From NCBI GenBank assembly GCA_030688025.1, contig JAUYJL010000009.1, positions 1,503-65,502 on the forward strand: a DNA stretch of 64,000 nucleotides, in the 5' to 3' direction. Source of the DNA: Candidatus Peregrinibacteria bacterium. GTDB taxonomy: Bacteria > Patescibacteriota > Gracilibacteria > UBA1369 > LOWO2-01-FULL-3. The first letter of the stretch is position 1, and each line of letters begins with the position of its first letter. Positions 57,239 to 64,000 of this stretch are shown piece by piece. The position numbers and the translations under genes are program-made. Below the pieces are notes generated by a model, which worked only from the letters and a program-made list of their open reading frames with translations, made no database searches and was not told where the DNA came from.

Positions 57239-57371
57239 GGCTAACACAGCATAACAGGTTCGGGGCTCGGCTCGCCCCTCACCCAAATTGCTTGTTCGCT
57301 TAGGCGGTGCACTCCGTGCTATTATACCGCCACGCTCACTTCGCAACTTCTGTTATGCTGGAACGTTAGCT
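57239..57371 (+). other. attC 10 (R'' GGCTAAC ... R' GTTAGCT)
   Basis: L'' CAGCATAACAGG pairs with L' TCTGTTATGCTG. The R'-side spacer is GAAC. It is closely related to attC 3. Confidence 0.85.
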
Positions 57372-57532
57372 GAAATTTGACTTATTTTTTCAGAACTACT
57401 AACATTAAGACACAATCACATTTTTAGGAAGAGCAAAAACATTCCGGAAAAGATGAAAATCTTAATTTGGGCACACCCCCGACCACCGTATCCGTTAAAA
57501 AGGAATGAATATTATAACATAACACTTAAACC

Positions 57533-57853
57533 ATGAGACTCGGAATTGTAATCTACTCAAACGACGCTGAAACAGTCTGGAACGCACTCAGATTTGCGAA
57601 TTTTTCGCTTAAAGAAGGGGATAGCGTAAAAATATTTTTGCTTGCGAAAGGAGTTGAATATCAAAAACTGGACAGTGAAAAATTTAACATTCAGGAACAA
57701 ACAAAATCTTTTTTAGAAAAAACCGGCGAAATTTTTGCATGTGGAACATGTCTAAAAAGTCGTGAATCGGAAGGGTCGGAAGTATGCCCTATGTCTACGA
57801 TGAAAGATTTATACGAATTGGTGAAAGAAAGTGACAAAGTCCTTTCATTCTAA
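57533..57853 (+). CDS. DsrE/DsrF-like family protein (possible terminal cassette without attC)
   Basis: 106 aa. IVIYSNDAETVWNALRFANFSL...IFLLAKGV...IFACGTCLKSR resembles the DsrE-like fold family. Confidence 0.6.
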   Translation: MRLGIVIYSNDAETVWNALRFANFSLKEGDSVKIFLLAKGVEYQKLDSEKFNIQEQTKSFLEKTGEIFACGTCLKSRESEGSEVCPMSTMKDLYELVKESDKVLSF

Positions 57854-57928
57854 GATGCTGCCTCTTTCATTTCAGACCTTGACATCCTATATCCTAAAAG
57901 CGGATTATCTTTCCCTATAACAACAAAT

Positions 57929-58225
57929 ATGGTTGAGAAACACGTAGGGAATATAGATAAACATGCAAAGGTAAAAGTAGATGGTGTCCCCTATGCTTTT
58001 GTTCAAACGAATAGAAGTACATCACCTCATCATATGGGATCTTCAAGAGGAGACACTCCTCTGCAGATTTTTAGAAGAGTTAACGAAACCGGCGCATATG
58101 TTTATTTTGGCGAAGCAGGTCCACAGCATGCGATCGACATACTGCCAGTAGATCAAAGAAGAGAACGTCTAAAAACAAGAGTATTAGAACTATTATCAAC
58201 CCTACCTGCACAAGAATCTAAATAA
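57929..58225 (+). CDS. Hypothetical protein (98 aa)
   Basis: ORF only; it lies between the array and purH. Confidence 0.4.
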   Translation: MVEKHVGNIDKHAKVKVDGVPYAFVQTNRSTSPHHMGSSRGDTPLQIFRRVNETGAYVYFGEAGPQHAIDILPVDQRRERLKTRVLELLSTLPAQESK

Positions 58226-58231
58226 GTGGTG

Positions 58232-59770
58232 CTAGTGCTTAAAATACCTTCTTCCTGAGAACACCATCGCAATCCCAAGCTCATCGGCTTTTTTAATGAC
58301 TTCCTCGTCGCTCACAGACCCTCCCGGTTGAATAATAGCTGAAATCCCAAGATCATGGGCCATCTCAACGCTATCCACGAATGGGAAGAATGCATCTGAA
58401 GACATCACAGAGCCTTTTACACGGTCGCCACCCTTGAAACCGGCAATCTTTATGCTATCCACTCTAGACATCTGTCCAGCCCCAATTCCGGTGACTACAG
58501 TGCCTTTTGAGAAGATAATTGCATTGGATCTGACGTGTTTTACGACTTTCGTAGCAAAAAGCATACTCGCCATCTCTTCCGAAGTCGGTTTTGCCTTTGT
58601 AACTACCTTCAAATCGTCCAAAGTAAGATCATAAGAGTCCTTTGTTTGTATCAAAATTCCACCGGCAACCTTCTTGATATCGGTCTGGAACATATCTTTT
58701 TTAAGTTCACCAGTCTCAAGAATTCGTAGATTTTTCCTGGTCATAAGTCTTTTTAGGGCGGAAGGCGCATAAGAAGGCGCAATAATCAATTCCACGAACA
58801 TATTTTCAGCCTTCATCTGATCCAAAATTCCATCAGTCACTTCTCTGTTTAACGCGATAATACAGCCAAAAGCTGACATAGGGTCAACTCTATAAGCCTG
58901 AATAAATGCATCTTCGATATTTTCAGACGATGCAACTCCACAAGGATTATTGTGCTTAACAAAGACCACAGTTGGCTCTTTGAACTCCTTCACAAGCTCA
59001 AGCGCGCTATCCGCATCCACGATATTATTGAAAGATAATTCTTTTCCATGTAAAACTTTTGAATTCGTCACATTCGCATCATGATTATCAGGATGTCTGA
59101 AAAATGCGGCTTTCTGTTGAGGATTTTCACCATATCTCAAACTGCAAACTTTCTCATAATGAAGATCCAAAAGCTCAGCTTCACCAAGCACGCCTCTGAA
59201 ATAATTATCAATCATTTCATCGTACTTGTAAGTCAAAGTGAAAGCCTTTCTGGCCAATTTTTTGCGTGTTTCTAGGCTTGTTTCTGCGTTTTCCTTGATC
59301 TCGGCAAGTACATTCTCGTAATCCCTAGGATCAGTCAAAACAGTCACAAATTTAAAGTTTTTTGCGGCACTTCTTACCATGCTAGGCCCACCAATATCAA
59401 TATTTTCAATAGCTTCTTCCTCTGTCACTCCGGCTTTTTCGATAGTCGCTTTAAATGGATAAAGATTTATAACAACAAGGTCAATAAACTGAATTCCATG
59501 TTTTTCCGCCGTTTCTACATGTTCTTTGTTATCTCTCAAAGCCAAAATTCCACCATGAACAAGAGGATGAAGAGTTTTTACCCTACCTCCCATCATTTCC
59601 GGAAAACCCGTATAGTCAGACACATCTTTTACGCTTACATTAGCCTCTTTTAAGGCCTTTGCCGTCCCTCCGGTAGAAAGAATCTCAACTCCGTTTTTCT
59701 CAAGCTCTCGCGCAAATTCAACAATCCCGGTCTTGTCAGAAACGCTAACTAAAGCTGTTTTTACCGGCAT
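58232..59770 (-). CDS. purH: Bifunctional AICAR formyltransferase / IMP cyclohydrolase
   Basis: ALVSVSDKTGIVEFAREL, GGTAKAL, VKTLHPLVHGGIL, DLVVINLYPF and a C-terminal QPGGSVSD...FSGRRYFKH. Confidence 0.95.
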   Translation of the reverse strand: MPVKTALVSVSDKTGIVEFARELEKNGVEILSTGGTAKALKEANVSVKDVSDYTGFPEMMGGRVKTLHPLVHGGILALRDNKEHVETAEKHGIQFIDLVVINLYPFKATIEKAGVTEEEAIENIDIGGPSMVRSAAKNFKFVTVLTDPRDYENVLAEIKENAETSLETRKKLARKAFTLTYKYDEMIDNYFRGVLGEAELLDLHYEKVCSLRYGENPQQKAAFFRHPDNHDANVTNSKVLHGKELSFNNIVDADSALELVKEFKEPTVVFVKHNNPCGVASSENIEDAFIQAYRVDPMSAFGCIIALNREVTDGILDQMKAENMFVELIIAPSYAPSALKRLMTRKNLRILETGELKKDMFQTDIKKVAGGILIQTKDSYDLTLDDLKVVTKAKPTSEEMASMLFATKVVKHVRSNAIIFSKGTVVTGIGAGQMSRVDSIKIAGFKGGDRVKGSVMSSDAFFPFVDSVEMAHDLGISAIIQPGGSVSDEEVIKKADELGIAMVFSGRRYFKH

Positions 59771-60121
59771 ATTATTTGTCTTATGATTTACTTACACCCG
59801 AGGCAGAAGTTTACTCATCAAGAGCACAAAAATCAAGAGCTTATGAAAGATTCGAATCAACAAACGCATATCCGCGGGCGGTCTTATGGTTTGATTTGAC
59901 AATTTTCCTCGGGGAAAAACATCTCACCGCACGTACCACGATCTTTTTTCAATAATTGTTAAACTCACTAAAACATTTCTGTACGTATTGGATGGGAAAA
60001 ATTCGACTTGACGGATTTTGGGTTGGAAAAATATTTCGCTTATTTTTCTTTCCTGTAAATTTTTTCAAAATTTCTGAAATTTCACATAACTTTTCCCGGA
60101 AAATATGCGGCAGACACACTG

Positions 60122-60139
60122 GGTGAGCGTACGCTCACC
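60122..60139. promoter_or_regulatory. Third copy of the lexA-type operator (perfect palindrome GGTGAGC-GTAC-GCTCACC)
   Basis: Perfect 18-bp palindrome matching GGTGAG-N6-CTCACC, 130 nt upstream of the HNH gene ATG at 60269. Confidence 0.6.
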
Positions 60140-60268
60140 GCCATATCGCCACACCATGATCGCTCCCCGCGAAAATGTGTTAAAATGGCTTATCCCTGCG
60201 GTTTTCTCGTTGATTTTTGCAATATTTTTTGGTATCTTTTTGTCAGATATTTAATAACTTTTAACATC

Positions 60269-61084
60269 ATGGACAAATCAGAATTACACAAAAAATTTGT
60301 AAAATTAGGACAAGAAAAATCCCACATTTCTCATCAATTATTGGCACTTTTGCCGGAAATTTTTGAAAAATCCGTTTTTCTTGATTATGGCTGTGGCTCG
60401 ATTTATGAATATGCGGCGCGTTTTGGAGACGGCTTGAGCGCGGGCGTTGTCGACAAAGTTTTAAAATTGAAAGAAAATTTGTCCGAATGTCCTTCTTTGT
60501 TCGAAACTGTGGCAACCCAAGGAGTGCATAAGGTAGCCATAATCGCGAGTTTGGCGAATAGCAAAACTGAAAAAGAGTTGGTTGAGGTGGTGAAAAATAT
60601 GAGCAAAGACGCGGTTCAAGAATATTCGAAAGTAAAACGCGGGAAAAAGGTGAGAATTATGACAAAAATTGAAATGGACGAAGAAATGGAGTTTTTGTTT
60701 TTGAAGCTAAAGAAAAAACTAAAAACCGTCTCCAACAAGGAAACGATGAAACGGCTTTTACAAGCCATGGATAGACAACTTTTCCCCGAGGAAAAAGTGA
60801 GTGGTGACGGCGGAGTTGTCAAAAAAATCACCAGATATATTCCGAAAGCCAAAAAACGTGAATTGTATCAGGAAACTTTGGGGCGATGTGCTTATGATGG
60901 CTGTAATAGGCCAATCGACACCTTGCACCATACTGATGGCTACAGCAAAACAAAAAATCACAACAATGTCGTCGGACTTTGCGAAATTCATCATCAGTTT
61001 GCTCATAACGGCATAGATAGGCCACTTGTGAAAATGGATTTGCTTTACAGAAGGTACAGGCAAAGGGCACTCGTGGCGGGGTAG
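60269..61084 (+). CDS. HNH endonuclease (DUF222-like architecture), putatively LexA-controlled
   Basis: C-terminal CAYDGCNRPIDTLHHTDGYSKTKNHNNVVGLCEIHHQFAH is an HNH motif. The start is set at MDKSELHKK; the listed ORF runs from 60185. Confidence 0.75.
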   Translation: MDKSELHKKFVKLGQEKSHISHQLLALLPEIFEKSVFLDYGCGSIYEYAARFGDGLSAGVVDKVLKLKENLSECPSLFETVATQGVHKVAIIASLANSKTEKELVEVVKNMSKDAVQEYSKVKRGKKVRIMTKIEMDEEMEFLFLKLKKKLKTVSNKETMKRLLQAMDRQLFPEEKVSGDGGVVKKITRYIPKAKKRELYQETLGRCAYDGCNRPIDTLHHTDGYSKTKNHNNVVGLCEIHHQFAHNGIDRPLVKMDLLYRRYRQRALVAG

Positions 61085-61271
61085 CTTGCGGTGGCGGGGG
61101 TAGTTGAGGCAAACGCGACCACAGGAAAATGACAAACTGTGCTCGCGATGATATAGTTTGTGGTGAAGAAGCTGAGAGACAATTAGCGGAGGAGCCAAGG
61201 TCGTCCTAAACCTTCCGCTAACCCCATCCTTTACTATGCAGGTTATTCCAGCCCATATTCAATTCCATCTT

Positions 61272-61432
61272 CCACGGATTACGCCTCATCCTCTCCACCC
61301 TTGCTCCACGGATTACGCCTCATCCACTCCACCCTTGCTCCACGGATTACGCCTCGTCCACTCCACCCTTGCTCCACGGATTACACCTCATCCACTCCAC
61401 CTTTACTCCAAGGATTACATCTTAGAATTCTC
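61272..61432. repeat. 34-bp tandem repeat (about 4.7 units) derived from the 3' end of yidD
   Basis: Units lie at 61272, 61306, 61340 and 61374, with a degenerate unit at 61408. The consensus is CCACGGATTACGCCTCATCCACTCCACCCTTGCT. The reverse complement encodes ...NPWSKGGVDE(A/V)*, the YidD C-terminus plus stop. Confidence 0.9.
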
Positions 61433-61644
61433 CAAACAGTTTTCAAGCTTCCCAAAACCAGCCCATGCTTTTTCAAGGCAACACGAGAATATTCCGAACA
61501 ACTCGGCTTAAACTTACAATACCCCTGCGGGAAAAACACCTTAAGTAAGCCATGATCAGGCGACAACGTCTTTTGATAAAGACCAACGAAAAAAGCCGCC
61601 GTATTTCTCGGCAGCTTCCATATATATAGTAAAACCTTCTTCAT
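61381..61644 (-). CDS. yidD: Membrane protein insertion efficiency factor YidD
   Basis: CKFKPSCSEYSRVALKKHG...RILRCNPWSKGGVD is the YidD signature. Length is 87 aa. Confidence 0.9.
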   Translation of the reverse strand: MKKVLLYIWKLPRNTAAFFVGLYQKTLSPDHGLLKVFFPQGYCKFKPSCSEYSRVALKKHGLVLGSLKTVWRILRCNPWSKGGVDEV

Positions 61645-61645
61645 C

Positions 61646-62818
61646 CTAGTAATAATTGATAGGGTTTTTCTTCACACCATTTATCGTTACTTCCCAATGT
61701 AAATGGATTCCTGTAATACCGTAAACACGTCCTGTATTTCCCATAATACCAATTACTTCACCTTGGTTTACATGTTGTCCAACAGATACGTTTACGCTAT
61801 CCATGTGAGCATAAAGAGTCTGAACCCCATCTCCATTATCTATGATGACATGATTTCCATATCCACCTCCCCAAGTTCCAGAAGAAGCCTTTATGACTGT
61901 ACCACTAGCCGCAGACCAAATAGGTGGTTTGCCTCTGTCCGCAATATCTATAGCGTAATGTCCTGAGTGATATCCTTGAGTAATTTTACCTCTGGTAGGG
62001 AATATAAATATCTTTCCAACAGCAGGCGCCGCATCCGATGGAGACGCTGAAATCGCACGAATGTCTCTTGTTACAGACGATACCCTATATGTGCTTCCGG
62101 CGATCAAATCACCGCTAATAGGTTTTGCGTTTGGAAGAAAGACCGATTGTCCTTTTGAAAGTGTCTCAGTGCTAAGCCCATTTTGAGCGACGATAACATC
62201 CTGTGAAATAGAATATTTTTTTGCGATTTTGCCTAGAGTGTCACCTGATTTGACTGTATAACTTACTCCGTCAACCGGTGGAACTCGAAGAGATTGGCCT
62301 ATTCTAAGAGAATTCACATTAGCTAAATGATTTTCCCACATAATAGTTTCCATTTTTAGGCCATATCTAGAGGCAATCACCGATAAAGATTCTCCGGATT
62401 CAACTACATGAACCGCATAATCGCTAAGACCTGCCCTTGAAGAAGAATCCGTGACGGGATTCATTTTTACAATATATCCGTTTTCATCTGAAACAAGCAC
62501 ATCTCCGGGAGTAATATATGATTCCATATAGCTTTCCTGATACATCATTGAAGCCGCGGTAAAATTCCCTCCGGCCGTGATAGAAGTCATAGCCAAGGCC
62601 ACAATCGAAACAACGCTGGCTTGGAACAGAAGCCTTTTCTGAGGAGCAACAGGGATAACACTACTAATATAATTCTTAATCCCCTCCAAAAAAGAAAAAG
62701 CCTTCTTGGAAGCAGGATTCTTCAAAAGATAAGTAACGGGGGAGATTGTAAACTTAAGGAAATCAACCACATACATCTTTACAAGATATCCCTTTGAGAA
62801 TATTCGCAGATGGCGCAT
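61646..62818 (-). CDS. M23 family metallopeptidase with two LysM domains
   Basis: The LysM domains are HVVESGESLSVIASRYGL and YTVKSGDTLGKIAKKYSI. The M23 motifs are HYAIDIA, NHVIIDNG...LYAHM and GIHLHWEV. An N-terminal TM helix is present. Confidence 0.9.
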   Translation of the reverse strand: MRHLRIFSKGYLVKMYVVDFLKFTISPVTYLLKNPASKKAFSFLEGIKNYISSVIPVAPQKRLLFQASVVSIVALAMTSITAGGNFTAASMMYQESYMESYITPGDVLVSDENGYIVKMNPVTDSSSRAGLSDYAVHVVESGESLSVIASRYGLKMETIMWENHLANVNSLRIGQSLRVPPVDGVSYTVKSGDTLGKIAKKYSISQDVIVAQNGLSTETLSKGQSVFLPNAKPISGDLIAGSTYRVSSVTRDIRAISASPSDAAPAVGKIFIFPTRGKITQGYHSGHYAIDIADRGKPPIWSAASGTVIKASSGTWGGGYGNHVIIDNGDGVQTLYAHMDSVNVSVGQHVNQGEVIGIMGNTGRVYGITGIHLHWEVTINGVKKNPINYY

Positions 62819-63269
62819 TCTTCTCGCAAACTTGTTTACCTGTAATGTCGTTTCTAATGTTTCTATGATGACTTTGGTTAATGTTTTTTAAGCCACGGAC
62901 TATAACACTATGCGCTTAAAATGTCAACTCCATCAAGATATTACTTTTCCCTATTATGACTGATTTCACCCCCCTAAGACAACACCCCCTAGTTGACTTT
63001 CATAGTGAAACATGGCGAACAGATTATCTTGAAGATTTTTAACACACAGAAAACCTCTCCTGTAAGCCATAATCTAAGTCAAGTGGATTATCGAAGTATA
63101 ACTACTCGGAAAAATAAATACTTGACTTTTTTAGACAATCATTGTCCTTTTCTCTTGCAAAAAAAATGCCATTTTGGTAACTTCCGTCTGCTTTTATATT
63201 TCTGTTCTATCGTTACGCGGCCCAAAGGGCTGCCTAGCCAACACGATAGGGCTATAATCCAAAGAATAT

Positions 63270-63935
63270 ATGGATAAAAGAATCGCAAAATATGAGCTTA
63301 TGCTGATTCTGATGCCGGACATGGGTGAGTCCAAAACGGCTGAAGAATTACAGGAAGTTCGTGAACAAATCACCTCCGTAGGTGGAGAGATCCTAGAAGA
63401 GGATCTTTGGGGTGTCCGCAAACTTGCTTACCAAATCAAAAAGCAAGAAAACGGCTACTATGTAGTGCTCAATCTTACATTGGGAACGGATGAAGTGCAT
63501 GAACTTGAAAAATCACTCATCCTAAATCCGCAGGTGATAAGACATCTTGCAATGAGAGTTTCAGATTCGTACACTCTAAAAAAACTCGCAGACTACGAAG
63601 CGGAGTGGGAAAAAGATGATATTGAAAGCAAGAAAAAAGAAGATGAAGAGCAGGAAAGAAAAGATGGATTGAAAAAAACCGTAAAGAAAGTTAAAGAAGT
63701 GGAAGAAGTTAAAGAAGCTGTAAAAGTTAAGGAGGAGGAGGTAGTGGAGAAAAAGGAAGAAGAAAAACCTAAAAAGGAGGTAAAAGAAGAAAAGGAAGAG
63801 GAAGTTTCTGAGGAAGAAAAACCAAAGAAAGAGGTAAAGAAAAAGAAAGAAGAAGAACCGGATTCAAGATCAAAACTTGATGAATTTGACGAAAAATTAC
63901 GAAGTCTTATAAATGATCCGGATATAACTCTATAA
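63270..63935 (+). CDS. rpsF: 30S ribosomal protein S6 with a ~120-aa Lys/Glu-rich C-terminal extension
   Basis: YELMLILMPDMGE...WGVRKLAYQIKKQENGYYVVLNL is S6. The tail consists of KKEEEKPKKEVKEE-type repeats. Confidence 0.9.
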   Translation: MDKRIAKYELMLILMPDMGESKTAEELQEVREQITSVGGEILEEDLWGVRKLAYQIKKQENGYYVVLNLTLGTDEVHELEKSLILNPQVIRHLAMRVSDSYTLKKLADYEAEWEKDDIESKKKEDEEQERKDGLKKTVKKVKEVEEVKEAVKVKEEEVVEKKEEEKPKKEVKEEKEEEVSEEEKPKKEVKKKKEEEPDSRSKLDEFDEKLRSLINDPDITL

Positions 63936-63953
63936 TCTTTTACCGCTAAAACC

Positions 63954-64000
63954 ATGAGATCAATAAACAAAGTCATTCTTGTAGGAAACCTCACGAGAGA
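63954..64000 (+). CDS. ssb: Single-stranded DNA-binding protein, 5' fragment (runs off the window)
   Basis: MRSINKVILVGNLTR is the canonical SSB N-terminus, and the gene follows rpsF as in many bacteria. Confidence 0.7.
   Translation, partial: MRSINKVILVGNLTR

Larger units (their letters stand above)
38825..57371. mobile_element. Chromosomal integron-like element: recombinase gene, attI, and at least 10 attC-bounded cassettes
   Basis: All cassette ORFs are on the plus strand. There are ten R''...R' palindromes. In 10/10 cassettes the first 6 nt equal the reverse complement of their own 3' R'' box (see findings). Confidence 0.88.

Noticed and set aside
57854-57928. CTATAAC-A-ACAAATATGG considered as the R''/L'' of a closing attC
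   Set aside because: There is no complementary L'/R' downstream. The box does not match the AGCTAAC expected for this cassette, and the preceding ACATC/arm signature is lacking.
59800-59830. Hammerhead-like UGAUGAG string, and possible ZTP or purine riboswitch, in the purH 5' region (minus strand)
   Set aside because: The core reads UUGAUGAG rather than CUGAUGAG. No matching GAAA or cleavage-site helices were found, and no ZTP (pfl) or purine-riboswitch consensus could be found.
61236-61555. Two overlapping plus-strand ORFs (91 and 84 aa) rich in Pro/His/Leu
   Set aside because: They are translations of the 34-bp tandem repeat and overlap yidD, so they are not credible genes.
62819-63269. 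Possible S6 (rpsF) autoregulatory leader structure around ATCGTTACGCGGCCCAAAGGGCTGCCTAGCCAACACGAT
   Set aside because: Only a single modest hairpin is visible near a TATAAT. I cannot match it to the known S6:S18-binding motif without a covariance model.
63593-63994. 133-aa Ser-rich minus-strand ORF
   Set aside because: It is antisense to the purine-rich Lys/Glu tail of rpsF and is a low-complexity artefact.

Overview
AT-rich (roughly one-third GC by eye) bacterial chromosomal segment. The gene content looks like a reduced-genome Candidate Phyla Radiation / Patescibacteria-type organism. This is an inference from a DUF4012 protein, a giant membrane protein, an AlaRS lacking the C-Ala domain, a split transketolase and a tandem archaeal-type PurP pair. 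Positions 1-38.7 kb and 58.2-64 kb are mostly housekeeping: alaS, mutL, mutS, lexA, lemA, murG, ftsW, lspA, aroE, purN, transketolase, an aminotransferase, glycosyltransferase and nucleotidyltransferase genes, purP x2, purH, yidD, an M23/LysM peptidase, rpsF, the start of ssb, and tRNA-Thr. The outstanding feature is 38.8-57.4 kb. A tyrosine recombinase gene is divergent from an attI-like site. It is followed by at least 10 plus-strand gene cassettes, each ending in a structured attC-like palindrome (R'' RYYYAAC ... R' GTTRRRY). In 10 of 10 cassettes the first 6 nt are the exact reverse complement of the R'' box at that cassette's own 3' end, which is the footprint of G|TT site-specific cassette recombination. 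The recombinase is IntI-like in its conserved boxes but lacks the IntI-specific extra domain. The attC stems extend well beyond the R boxes, by 10-75 bp. Three cassettes are unusually large and carry complete restriction-modification systems: Type III mod/res, an EcoRI-like R/M pair plus an ABC/OLD-like ATPase, and an SPPY methyltransferase with a PD-ExK nuclease. Each large cassette has its own promoter-like sequence and a hairpin family with a conserved loop and covarying stems. Other notable items: an 18-bp palindromic operator (GGTGAG-N6-CTCACC) present twice in the lexA promoter and once upstream of an HNH nuclease gene; a D-armless tRNA-like / tmRNA-TLD-like minihelix with a G3:U70 pair; a 34-bp tandem duplication of the yidD 3' end; a promoter-to-terminator candidate small RNA; and a HEPN/MNT toxin-antitoxin pair next to the recombinase.
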